Assembly: GCA_052139855.1 (NCBI GenBank)
Contig: JBKQVS010000115.1
Span: 14,358-78,357, forward strand
Source: Desulfobaccales bacterium
GTDB lineage: Bacteria > Desulfobacterota > Desulfobaccia > Desulfobaccales > 0-14-0-80-60-11
Length of the DNA stretch: 64,000 nucleotides
Direction: 5' to 3'
Part shown: positions 44,958 to 54,041 of the stretch, one piece after another
Layout: each line of letters begins with the position of its first letter
How positions within the stretch are numbered: position 1 is the stretch's first letter
Position numbers and translations under genes: made by a program
Notes under the pieces: model-generated
Told to the model about the DNA's origin: nothing
The model's input: the letters and a program-made list of their open reading frames with translations, nothing else
The model's database searches: none

Positions 44958-45899
44958 ATGGAACTTGATGCCAAAATCTATGTGGCCGGGCACCAGGGCC
45001 TGGTGGGGGGCGCTATTTGGCGGCGCCTGCAGGCCGCCGGGTTTAAGAACCTGGTGGGCCGCAGCTTAAAGGAATTGGACCTGCGGGATCAGGCGGCGGT
45101 AACCGACTTTTTCGGCCGGGAGCGCCCGAAATACGTCTTCCTGGCCGCGGCCCGGGTGGGAGGGATCAGGGCCAATGGCACCTTTCCGGCGGAATTTATT
45201 TACGACAACCTGATGATTGAGGCCAATATCCTGCATCAGGCTTACCGGCATGAGGTCAAAAAGCTGCTGTTCCTGGGAAGTTCCTGCATCTACCCCAGGC
45301 TCTGTCCCCAGCCCATGAAAGAAGATTATCTGCTGGACGGCAAGCTGGAACCCACCAATGAGCCCTACGCGGTGGCGAAAATCGCCGGTATTAGGATGTG
45401 CCAGGCTTATAACCGGCAATACGGCACCTGTTTCATCTCGGTGATGCCCACCAATCTCTACGGCCCGGGAGACAATTTTGACCTGCTGGACTCCCACGTC
45501 ATTCCCGCCCTGATCCGGAAGTTTCATCAGGCCAAGGTGGCGGGCGCCCCGGAGGTGCCCGTCTGGGGTACCGGCACCCCCCGGCGGGAATTTCTCTACG
45601 TGGATGATTTGGCCGACGCCTGCCTCTTCTTGATGGAGCGTTATCAGGAGGGGGAGATCATCAACGTGGGGGTGGGGCAGGACGTGCAGATCCTGGAGTT
45701 GGCGCGCCAGGTGGCGGCCATCACCGGCTATCAGGGGCGCCTAGTGCTGGACCCGAGTTATCCTGACGGCACCCCCAGGAAACTCTTGGACGTCAGCCGC
45801 ATAACCGCCATGGGCTGGCAGGCCCAAACGTCCCTGACCGAGGGGCTAAAAAAGACCTACGACTGGTTTTGCCGCAGCCCCTGGACGCAAAAATCCTGA
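44958..45899 (+). CDS. fcl: GDP-L-fucose synthase (GDP-4-keto-6-deoxymannose 3,5-epimerase/4-reductase)
   Basis: 313 aa. [51 protein letters not shown] and [11 protein letters not shown] are the Fcl/WcaG pattern. Sits directly downstream of gmd. Confidence 0.9.
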   Translation: MELDAKIYVAGHQGLVGGAIWRRLQAAGFKNLVGRSLKELDLRDQAAVTDFFGRERPKYVFLAAARVGGIRANGTFPAEFIYDNLMIEANILHQAYRHEVKKLLFLGSSCIYPRLCPQPMKEDYLLDGKLEPTNEPYAVAKIAGIRMCQAYNRQYGTCFISVMPTNLYGPGDNFDLLDSHVIPALIRKFHQAKVAGAPEVPVWGTGTPRREFLYVDDLADACLFLMERYQEGEIINVGVGQDVQILELARQVAAITGYQGRLVLDPSYPDGTPRKLLDVSRITAMGWQAQTSLTEGLKKTYDWFCRSPWTQKS

Positions 45900-46145
45900 A
45901 CCGGCGCCCACTGCGCCAGGCCCCGTCAGCGGAAACTCCGACCCCTGTTCCCGGAAAGAGAATTATCATCACTTTACCTGGGGTGTTCCTTTAGGGGCCC
46001 GCGCCGCGGCCGCGGTTTTGAAAAGAAGGCAGACCGGCTTTCCCGGAAAGATTGACGGGCGGCGGGGTTGATTGCAGCTCATGGGCCGATCAGCGGCCAG
46101 CGCGGCGCCACGGCCTTACCGGTTCCCCCTGAGAGCTTGTGCCAC

Positions 46146-47813
46146 ATGTTTGCTATCAAGACCTTGCAGCAGCGTCTGGTAATCTTCATGATCCTACCGG
46201 TGGCGGTCTTCCTGGCGGCCATCGGGGTGGTGGGTTATTTTTATATCCGGGGCAGTCTCTATCAGGAGTGGCAAGAAGCCGCCATTCTCAGATTGGAACG
46301 GGCGGCCCATTATATGGATATGCGCCTGGGCGAGCCCCTGCAATGGATCCAGTCCCTGGCTAACACCGGCGGTGACCGCCGGGGGACGGACAACCAGAAT
46401 TGGGTCTTGAAAAAGCTGCGGGAGCAGCCGGGGGTAAGCCAGGTTAAGCTGGAGTGGCAGAAGCCGGCGGAGGGCAGCGCCGGGACGGTCCAGGAGGGCG
46501 GGGGGGGCGGGGGCCTGGCCCCCCGGGTGGCCAAAGTCTCTGCGCCCCAGTTTACTTATCCCCCGGATCATGAGACCGTGAATCTGGCGTTCACCCTGCT
46601 GGATGAGGCGGGACATCCCTTGGGGCGTCTGGGCGTGTCGATAAAACTGGATTACCTGATGGAAGGGGTGCGCGGCGCCGGCTGGCTCCACACCTACATG
46701 GCCTGTCTGGTGAATGACAACGGCACGTTTCTGGCCCATACCAACCAGGCGATGGAATCCCGCCATTGTCTGGGCGATACGGAAAACCCTCTGGAGTTGA
46801 CCCTCCTTCAGGAGATGCAGACGAAGCCTTTCGGCACCGTGGTGGGCCGTCAGGAGGTAACCGGATTCTACCGGCTCCACCGGGCTCCCTGGGCCATCAT
46901 GCTCCATGCCCAAGAAAACCAGATTATGGAGCCCATTCTGCGCTTCCGCTTTGACTATATCATGGCGGGGCTCTTGTGTCTGTCGGTCAGTCTGGTCCTC
47001 ATCCAACTGGGAGTGGGGTCCATGGTCGCGGCCATCCTGCGGATCTCCCGGAAAGCGGCCCAGGTGGCCCAGGGGGAATACGGCGAGCCCCTCAAGATTC
47101 GCTCCCAGGATGAGATCGGCCAGTTGACCCACAGCTTCAACGACATGGTGGCGGGCCTCAAGGAGCGCGATTTCATCAGCAATACCTTCGGCCGCTACGT
47201 GGACCAGGAGATCGCCGCCAAACTCATGGCGCGGCCGGAAGCCAGCCGTTTGGGCGGGGAAAAACGGCAGGTGGTCATCATGTTTTCGGATATCCGGGGT
47301 TTTACCCCCATTGCCGAGACCTTGAGCCCGGAGGCCACCATTCATCTGCTCAACGGCTATTTCTCCCGGATGGTGGAGGTGCTGCGCGGGCATCACGGCA
47401 TCATCGTGGATTTTTTGGGAGATGGGATTTTGGCCTTTTTTGATCCCCTGGATAGCCCCCTGACCCCGGTGGCGGAAGAGGCGGTCCAGTGCGCCCTACA
47501 CATGCAGCAGGTCATGCCGGAAGTCAATCAGGCCGGGAGCGGCCGGAAATTGCCGCCCCTCCACATGGGCATCGGCCTCCATGCCGGGGAGGTGGTGGTG
47601 GGGAATATCGGGTCCGAGTCCCGGGCCAAGTACGGGATTATCGGCTCTGCGGTTAACCTGGCCCACCGGATTCAGACCCAGGCCCGGGGCGGGGAGGTGG
47701 TAATCTCCCAGGACGTGTACCGGCTGGTCCAACCGGAGCTCAGGGTCTCCCGGGAGTTTGAGGTCCGCCTGAAAGGGATAAAGGAACCCGTTAGGCTTTA
47801 TGCCGTGGGGTAG
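46146..47813 (+). CDS. Membrane-bound class III adenylate/guanylate cyclase with a periplasmic sensor region and a HAMP domain
   Basis: Two TM segments flank about 270 residues. HAMP: AAQVAQGEYGEPLKIRSQDEIGQLTHSFNDMVAGLKERD. Cyclase domain: VVIMFSDIRGFTPIAE, GDGILAFF, GLHAGEVVVGNIGS, YGIIGSAVNLAHRIQ. ATG 46146 (MFAIKTLQ) is preferred over the track's 46068. Confidence 0.85.
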   Translation: MFAIKTLQQRLVIFMILPVAVFLAAIGVVGYFYIRGSLYQEWQEAAILRLERAAHYMDMRLGEPLQWIQSLANTGGDRRGTDNQNWVLKKLREQPGVSQVKLEWQKPAEGSAGTVQEGGGGGGLAPRVAKVSAPQFTYPPDHETVNLAFTLLDEAGHPLGRLGVSIKLDYLMEGVRGAGWLHTYMACLVNDNGTFLAHTNQAMESRHCLGDTENPLELTLLQEMQTKPFGTVVGRQEVTGFYRLHRAPWAIMLHAQENQIMEPILRFRFDYIMAGLLCLSVSLVLIQLGVGSMVAAILRISRKAAQVAQGEYGEPLKIRSQDEIGQLTHSFNDMVAGLKERDFISNTFGRYVDQEIAAKLMARPEASRLGGEKRQVVIMFSDIRGFTPIAETLSPEATIHLLNGYFSRMVEVLRGHHGIIVDFLGDGILAFFDPLDSPLTPVAEEAVQCALHMQQVMPEVNQAGSGRKLPPLHMGIGLHAGEVVVGNIGSESRAKYGIIGSAVNLAHRIQTQARGGEVVISQDVYRLVQPELRVSREFEVRLKGIKEPVRLYAVG

Positions 47814-47853
47814 CGCCAGGGATTACCCAAGGTAAATTCGTTTTGTGGGGGCG

Positions 47854-47881
47854 CGGCGGGCCGTGCCCTCGCCGTGTTTTT
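47854..47881 (+). terminator. Candidate rho-independent terminator after the cyclase gene
   Basis: A GC stem, CGGCGGG (47854-47860) pairing with CCC(T)CGCCG (47866-47874), 7 bp with one bulge and a 5-6 nt loop. It is followed by TGTTTTT (47875-47881). Confidence 0.45.
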
Positions 47882-48035
47882 AGGGTCCCGCACTCTGTAC
47901 CCCTGCAATCAATGGCAATGGAGAATAACTTTTGGCAATCTCGATAGCTGCCGCTTGATAATGCCGGAGGACGGGTGGCGATGACAGAGAGCGGCATCAG
48001 GTTACCTGGGGAGAAATTACCGTTCTGGCGGGGGA

Positions 48036-49751
48036 TTAGGGCTTGGGGGTCAACCAGGGGCGCATATCAATCAGGCGCACATGCTGATCCAGGGCCAGAG
48101 ACCGGAAGCTGGGGTCGGAGAGCAGGGCAAATTTTTCCCTTCCGGCGGTAAGATGCCGGATCTGCTCATCAAAGGGGGCGAAAAAGGGGCAGTAAATCCG
48201 GTCGGCCAGTCCCTTGGGCACCCCGGGCAGATGCGGCCGGTCGCCGGGAAAAAGAAACCACCCGCCCTTCAAGAAGGCGGGGGTGAAATGGCGGTCATCG
48301 ACGATGAGAAAGGCGATGCCGTACTTCCGGCAGAAGGCCACCACCTCCTGGGGGTCGGCGGCGTAGTAGGCCCGGAAGAAATCAGCCAGACGGGGCTGCA
48401 GTTTGGCCCAGTAACCCCGGCTCCAGGGGTGGGCCAGCTCATAGGTGGCAAAGGCCCGGCGTTGGGCGAAGGTGGGGATGGTGTCCATCAGGTGGGGGTG
48501 GCCGGCGATGAGGGCATCCTTGGGAGTTTCGGCCAGGGCGGCATAGACGGCCCGGTAGGCCGAGTAATCTTTGAGTCCGACCCCCTGGAGACGCCAGGCA
48601 CCCAGGCAGGCTGCCGCCACCAGGGCCAGGATCGCCAGATAGCGGGGCCAGTGGGAAACCCGCAGCGCCGTCGCCAGCCCCAGGGCCAGCACCAGGCAAT
48701 AAAAGAGGTTCATGGTGTACATGAGGTAACGGTCGGGGACGAAGAGCTTTAACAGGAAGAGGCGGGCCAGGAAATAAAGGGCCAGGGAGGCCAATCCCAG
48801 ATACCAGGCGGATTTGAGCGGTTGCCGCCAGGCGGGCCAGTCCAGGCGCCGGAGCCCGGCCGCCACCAGAACTATCAGGCCCGCACAGGCCAGGCCACCG
48901 GCCACCGGACCCCATTCCCGCAACGGGGCGATGAATTCCCAGGGGCTGATGAATTCCCACAGGAGTGAGGCTTCCGGCAAGATTTGGTAGCGGCCCTGGG
49001 CGTAGAACTCCGGGCGATTGACCATCTCGGCGGCGCTCACCAGAGGTCCGTAGCCCTCGGCGCTGAACTGGAGGTTCATCCCAACCACCAGCACGGCTCC
49101 CAGGCCCAGAAGGATGAAATGGGCGGTCTGAGCCGGGAAAGGCGGCGGGTCATCCCGGCCCAGGCGCGCCAGGGTCCAGGCCAGCAGCGCTGCCAGGGCC
49201 GCCACCATAAAAATGTAGGGGATCAAGAGGGCCTGGAGGAGGAGCGCCGCCCCCACAACCCAGGGGCGCCGCGCCAGCCAGCCCAGCCAAAAGAGGGCCA
49301 GGAGGGGGGCGGCGAAGGACCGGGCCAGACCTCCGGCCAGGTTGTCCAGGAAGAAAGGCATCAGCCAGAAACAGGCCACCATGGCCCACCCCAGGCGGCG
49401 GCCATTGAGGCGCGCCCCGATCCGAAAGAGGCAGATGGCCAGGAAAACGAACAGGAACCCGGGCAGGAGCTTGGCAAAGTAAAGGGGCGGCACCAACCAG
49501 GAGGCCAGCCAGTAGAGACCCTTTACGCCCCAGGGGACGTAGGCCCTGGCATAGCCGGTAAGGAAGTCGCCCCGAAATAATGCCGGGTCCTGCCATTGCT
49601 GCATCCAGTAGAGCTGCTGGCGGACGTCGTCATTAATGATAAAAGGATGGGCCAGGGCCTGGAAGTGCGCCAAAACGAAGACGGCCCCGGAAATCAAGGC
49701 CACAGTTATTTCGGGCCAGCAGGCCCTGGTCCACCCTTCCCGGGGTTCCAT
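48036..49751 (-). CDS. Large polytopic membrane protein, possible GT-C-fold transferase (last gene of the aminolipid/exporter operon)
   Basis: About 571 aa from MEPREGW (ATG 49751, 4 nt after the upstream stop; the track's 49802 start overlaps the upstream gene). At least 12 hydrophobic segments. The first loop after TM1 has PFIINDDVRQQLYW (DD pair), and there is a soluble C-terminal domain of about 180 aa. No family recognised. Confidence 0.45.
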   Translation of the reverse strand: MEPREGWTRACWPEITVALISGAVFVLAHFQALAHPFIINDDVRQQLYWMQQWQDPALFRGDFLTGYARAYVPWGVKGLYWLASWLVPPLYFAKLLPGFLFVFLAICLFRIGARLNGRRLGWAMVACFWLMPFFLDNLAGGLARSFAAPLLALFWLGWLARRPWVVGAALLLQALLIPYIFMVAALAALLAWTLARLGRDDPPPFPAQTAHFILLGLGAVLVVGMNLQFSAEGYGPLVSAAEMVNRPEFYAQGRYQILPEASLLWEFISPWEFIAPLREWGPVAGGLACAGLIVLVAAGLRRLDWPAWRQPLKSAWYLGLASLALYFLARLFLLKLFVPDRYLMYTMNLFYCLVLALGLATALRVSHWPRYLAILALVAAACLGAWRLQGVGLKDYSAYRAVYAALAETPKDALIAGHPHLMDTIPTFAQRRAFATYELAHPWSRGYWAKLQPRLADFFRAYYAADPQEVVAFCRKYGIAFLIVDDRHFTPAFLKGGWFLFPGDRPHLPGVPKGLADRIYCPFFAPFDEQIRHLTAGREKFALLSDPSFRSLALDQHVRLIDMRPWLTPKP

Positions 49752-49755
49752 GGTT

Positions 49756-50895
49756 TCAGATGGGTTTTTCAAAGACGCGGAAGACCTTATACCGCTGGCC
49801 ACCCAGGGCCAGGATGACTTTGATCCAGGGTTTCAGGTTGGACGGGATCAGGGAAAGATCGCAGAAATCACAGGGACTGTGCTTCACCAGATGGATATAG
49901 GTGCGCAGGATCATGGCCAGGTGCAGGTACCGCCGCTGATAGGGCTGGCTGATCCCCACCACTAAAGCCCGGACTTTGTCGACCGTCCGGAACTTGGCCC
50001 AATAGAGCAGGCGGAGTTTGCCCCAGAGGGTCAGACGCCCGTTGAATTTCCGGATGAGAGGGTTGAGGTCCGGCAGGCTGATGCAAAAGCCGGCGGCGCG
50101 GTCGTTGTCCAGGAGAACATAAGCCAGTCCCCGGCGTAAGCAGGGTTTGACCATCTTGAACATCTCGTCGAACTGGCGCCGGCTCAGGGGCACGTGTCCC
50201 CAGTTGGGGCCCCAGGCCGTATTGAACAGCTGAAAGATCTCGTCGGCGCGGCGGTCGACTTCTTTGGGGTCGTAGTCCACCACCTTAAAGTCCTGGCCGC
50301 GCATGATATCCGCATAGCGGCGTTCCATGGCTTCCAGGTCCACCTGCCGGTTGGTGATCTTGTAGGCATGCCAATCCATGGCCTTGACAAATCCCAGGGA
50401 GGTCAGGAGGTCCTGGTAATAGGGCGGGTTGTGGGTTTGGAAGAGGACCGGCATGGAGTCAAACCCCTCCACCAGCAGCCCCATCTCATCATAGATGCCG
50501 AAATTCAACGGTCCCACCAGGCGGGTCTTGCCGCGCTCCCGCAGCCAGTCCGCGGCGGCCTCGAACAGGGCCGCGGCCACGTCGTGATCCTGGATAGACT
50601 CGAAGAACCCGAAAAAGCCGGTTTCGGGGCCGTGATGGGTGTCATGGAGCCGATTGATGTGGGCGGACAGGCGCCCCACCGGCCTGCCGTTTTGGCAGGC
50701 CAAAAAATACCGGGCCTCGCCGTTCTCAAAGAAGGGGCCGTGCCGGGGATCCAGAAATTGGCGCTGTTCGGAGAGAATAGGGGGCACCCAATAACGGTCC
50801 CCCTGATAGATGCGCCAGGGGAGGCGGAGGAATTCCCATAAGGACGCGTCATTCTGAACGGGAGAAACCGTAATCTCCCCGCGTGACTTCATCAC
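49756..50895 (-). CDS. GNAT-fold-like acyltransferase family protein (about 380 aa; tentative)
   Basis: N-terminal LWEFLRLPWRIYQGDRYWVPPILSEQRQFLDPRHGPFFENGEARYFLA...GRPVGRLSAHIN resembles a widespread roughly 380-aa family that I recall being annotated as GNAT N-acetyltransferase. Assignment is from memory only. Confidence 0.4.
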   Translation of the reverse strand: MMKSRGEITVSPVQNDASLWEFLRLPWRIYQGDRYWVPPILSEQRQFLDPRHGPFFENGEARYFLACQNGRPVGRLSAHINRLHDTHHGPETGFFGFFESIQDHDVAAALFEAAADWLRERGKTRLVGPLNFGIYDEMGLLVEGFDSMPVLFQTHNPPYYQDLLTSLGFVKAMDWHAYKITNRQVDLEAMERRYADIMRGQDFKVVDYDPKEVDRRADEIFQLFNTAWGPNWGHVPLSRRQFDEMFKMVKPCLRRGLAYVLLDNDRAAGFCISLPDLNPLIRKFNGRLTLWGKLRLLYWAKFRTVDKVRALVVGISQPYQRRYLHLAMILRTYIHLVKHSPCDFCDLSLIPSNLKPWIKVILALGGQRYKVFRVFEKPI

Positions 50896-50903
50896 GATAC
50901 CTC

Positions 50904-51872
50904 TTACTCTGATTTGCGCAGGACGATGCGAGCCTTCAAGCCTTCTTTCAGGTCCAGATCGGGGTTGGCGACTTGCAACTCGACTTCATAGTAGGCAGGC
51001 TGATCCGGGCCGGTGGTAATCGAGGACCAGGAAACGCGGCTGACCTTGCCCTGGAATTTCCGTCCCGGCAGGGCGTCCAGGGTCACTTCGGCCGACTGGC
51101 CGATTTTGACCTGGAGGGCCTCGATCTCAAAAGCCTGGGCCCGCAGGAGCATAGGGTTCATCACCCCCACTTGAAAGGCGGCAGGCAGGGGAGGCAGTTC
51201 GGCGTCGACCCGCAACTCGGGATTGACCCAGATGACGTAGCCGCTGATGGGGGCCTTGAGGCTCACTTCCCGGGGAACCTGGCCGGATTTCAAGGAAGTG
51301 CCCACCAAGTCACTCAAGACCTCCTGGTCTTGGTGAGCCAGTTGGCGGTCCTTTTGCAGCCTCTCCTGAAGGGTCGCCTTCTCTTTTCCCAGGAACTGCA
51401 ATTCTTGGTTGACCTGGGCCAGGCTTTGGGAGGTCGCCAACTTCTTCTCGACCAACTGGGTGAGTTCCCGTTGTTTGTTCGTCAGGGGCACCATATTCCG
51501 CTGCACTTCCGCCAGTTTGGTCTCCGTTTCGGCCAGTTGCGGCGGCGAAAGACGCTGTTGGATCGTCATCAGCGCTTCCGGGGCCAGGCGATAGGTCGCC
51601 AGAATCTCTCCCGCTTCCACCCGTTGTCCGGAGTGGGCCCGCAGGGAAGTTATGATTCCCTTAAAGGGCAGATCGATGCGGCGTTTCAGGGAGCAGGAAA
51701 ATTTACCGTTGAAGATTATTTCCGATTCCCCGGAAGCCGGAGGCGGGGCGGGTTGCACCGCGGGCGTTTCGCCGGCGAAAGCCGCTCCCGGGGCACCTAA
51801 TCCCAGGAAGATGGTCAACACCCAGCCCCCTAGGGCCGCCCACTTACTTCTGCCAAGCGCCAGCATCCACAT
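50904..51872 (-). CDS. HlyD/MacA-type periplasmic adaptor (membrane fusion protein)
   Basis: 322 aa. N-terminal anchor/signal, barrel-sandwich start (GIITSLRAHSGQRVEAGEILATY), a long coiled-coil (…LAETETKLAEVQRNM…LQERLQKDRQLA…) and a C-terminal beta-barrel (GKVSRVSW…YYEVELQV). Confidence 0.8.
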   Translation of the reverse strand: MWMLALGRSKWAALGGWVLTIFLGLGAPGAAFAGETPAVQPAPPPASGESEIIFNGKFSCSLKRRIDLPFKGIITSLRAHSGQRVEAGEILATYRLAPEALMTIQQRLSPPQLAETETKLAEVQRNMVPLTNKQRELTQLVEKKLATSQSLAQVNQELQFLGKEKATLQERLQKDRQLAHQDQEVLSDLVGTSLKSGQVPREVSLKAPISGYVIWVNPELRVDAELPPLPAAFQVGVMNPMLLRAQAFEIEALQVKIGQSAEVTLDALPGRKFQGKVSRVSWSSITTGPDQPAYYEVELQVANPDLDLKEGLKARIVLRKSE

Positions 51873-53319
51873 ATGAATTACCTAAGTCTCCAGAATTTTC
51901 CCTAAGCTGCAGAACGGCCTTGTCATAATCCAGGCCCCGGCGCAGCGACTCCTTTTGGGCTTGGAGAACCTCCTTGCGACTTTCCAGAACTGCCGTAAGG
52001 GGCGCCTCGCCGGATTGGTAACGGACATCACTCTCATGGGCCTTGAGCCGGGCCAAGTTTTCCTGGGTTTGGGCATTTTTCAGAAGCACGCGTTTATCTT
52101 GCATGTCTCCCTGATTTTCTAACAACTTATCTTCCAAGACACTCTCTTTCTCCGTTTTTTGCTCCCCTATCTGCTTCAAAACGGCTTTTTGCCGGGAGAC
52201 GTTGCGGATCCGTTTGAATCCATCCCACACCGGAATCTCAAGACCTAAGCCGACATAAAGGCCGGTGCCGTTGCTGACACTCAAGGGGTTGGGCGACTGG
52301 GTGTTGAATAAAATAGAGGGAAAAACCTTGGCAATGGCCTGGCGGATATTATAGTTTTGCAATTGTTTATACAATTCCATCACCTTGAGATCGTAAGAGC
52401 GTTGCTTGGCTTGCTCCAGGGTAGCGGCGGCCGGATCGAATTTGCCCAACACCTGCCGCCGGCTGTCCCGGCAGTCAGGGGTGAAACCCGGCGAGGATTG
52501 CAGCCCCAGAAAGTTATGCAGGTTGGTTACATCCCGCTTTATCCCCAAAGCGATTCCCTCTTGTTGGCCCAGGGCCAGTTCCAATTGCTGCTGGGCCACC
52601 TTGACTTCCAGGGAGGTGCCCGTGCCGATACTCAGGCGGTTTTCACCATAGGTGAGGTTTTCCCGGCACACCTGAATAATCTCCTTCTGACAGGCGGCCA
52701 TCTTCTGCAAGGCGTCCAATTCCAGATAGAAATTGCCCAGGCTTTCCAGACCCTTGCTAATCGTTTGGAGGTGAGTCAAAATAGCTATTTGTGTGAACAA
52801 CTTCTGGGCCTGAAGGGTGAAGTACGCTCCCAACGGGTTATATGGATTCGTGGAAAAACTTAAACTGTAGGGCTTGCCGCTGCCTACCCCCGAGGGACGG
52901 TTGACATAATAATAGGTCTGAAAGGACAAGGGGGGAACCATGTCATACCGGCTGTCGGTTTCATCCATGCGCTTGATGTCGATATCTATGGAACTTTTAC
53001 TGAAATAAGGGGACTGGGTGATGGCGATTTTGACGGCTTCCTCAAAGGTCAGGGAGCTGCCCGGGGGCAGGGTATGGACCGCCGGGTCCCGGTCGGCGCC
53101 CTGGGCCGGCCGGCACCGGCACATGACCCCGACAGCCATGATGAGCATAGCGATGATCAGGCAGGCCTGCGCCGCGGTGATCCAGGGGGCGTAATCAGAC
53201 AAGCTGTGGCGGTGACCCCGCGCCGTTCCGGTGGGGTCAACCTTAGTGTTCATGGAGCAACCGCCAACACTGGTTACGGTGGCCAGGCGGGCTGGCGTTT
53301 CCCGGGTAAGTAGGCTCAT
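51844..53319 (-). CDS. TolC-family outer-membrane channel
   Basis: 491 aa. LTFEEAVKIAITQSPYF-type start of OEP repeat 1 and a second repeat (…TLEQAKQRSYDLKV…), with alternating coiled-coil and beta segments. Overlaps the ATPase gene by 4 nt and the adaptor gene by 29 nt. The start is uncertain. Confidence 0.75.
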   Translation of the reverse strand: MSLLTRETPARLATVTSVGGCSMNTKVDPTGTARGHRHSLSDYAPWITAAQACLIIAMLIMAVGVMCRCRPAQGADRDPAVHTLPPGSSLTFEEAVKIAITQSPYFSKSSIDIDIKRMDETDSRYDMVPPLSFQTYYYVNRPSGVGSGKPYSLSFSTNPYNPLGAYFTLQAQKLFTQIAILTHLQTISKGLESLGNFYLELDALQKMAACQKEIIQVCRENLTYGENRLSIGTGTSLEVKVAQQQLELALGQQEGIALGIKRDVTNLHNFLGLQSSPGFTPDCRDSRRQVLGKFDPAAATLEQAKQRSYDLKVMELYKQLQNYNIRQAIAKVFPSILFNTQSPNPLSVSNGTGLYVGLGLEIPVWDGFKRIRNVSRQKAVLKQIGEQKTEKESVLEDKLLENQGDMQDKRVLLKNAQTQENLARLKAHESDVRYQSGEAPLTAVLESRKEVLQAQKESLRRGLDYDKAVLQLRENSGDLGNSYVDAGAWQK

Positions 53320-54041
53320 TGTTCATAAAGGACGCCGTCTCGTATCGAACTGATCCGGGTACATTCGGCTGCAATTTCGGGATCATGCGTCACAATTATG
53401 ACGGCAGTTTTGCCGTCGCTGACGATTTCCGAAAAATGGTCCATGATCAGGTGGCCATGGCTCCGGTCGAGCTGGCCGGTGGGTTCGTCCGCCAGAATGA
53501 CCTGGGGTTGGTTGACCAGGGCCCGGGCCACTGCCACCCGTTGGCGCTCACCCCCGGAAAGGCGATTGGAAGAGTGGTTAATCCGGTGCCCCAGGTTGAC
53601 GCGTTCCAGGGCGGAGGCAATACGCTCCGGTCGGTCCCGCCGCTCAATTCCGGCATAGATTAACGGGAATTCCAGGTTTTCATAGACGGTGGAGTTTTCC
53701 AACAGATCGCAGCTCTGAAAGACAAATCCCACCCGCCGGCGGCGGAATTCCGCCTGGGCAGTGCGATCCAGGCTGAGTACATCTTGACCGCCCAGGAAAT
53801 ATAAGCCGCTGGTGGGATTGAGAAAGATTCCTAAAATAAAGAGCAGGGTGGACTTCCCGGACCCGGAAGGACCCATGATCGCCAGGATCTCCCCGGGGTA
53901 GACCTTCAGGTTGACATCTCGCAACACGTGAATCAGATCGACGCCATTGTCATAGGTCTTGCACAGGTCGGCCACCCGAATCAAGGCGCCGTTGCCCGGG
54001 CTGGAAGAAGCCAACTTATTCATAGCGGATGGCGGTGACAA
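53316..54041 (-). CDS. ABC transporter ATP-binding protein, MacB/LolD/DevA-type
   Basis: 241 aa. Walker A GPSGSGKSTLL, Q-loop, signature LSGGERQRVAVARAL, Walker B VILADEPTGQLD. Confidence 0.9.
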   Translation of the reverse strand: MSPPSAMNKLASSSPGNGALIRVADLCKTYDNGVDLIHVLRDVNLKVYPGEILAIMGPSGSGKSTLLFILGIFLNPTSGLYFLGGQDVLSLDRTAQAEFRRRRVGFVFQSCDLLENSTVYENLEFPLIYAGIERRDRPERIASALERVNLGHRINHSSNRLSGGERQRVAVARALVNQPQVILADEPTGQLDRSHGHLIMDHFSEIVSDGKTAVIIVTHDPEIAAECTRISSIRDGVLYEQ

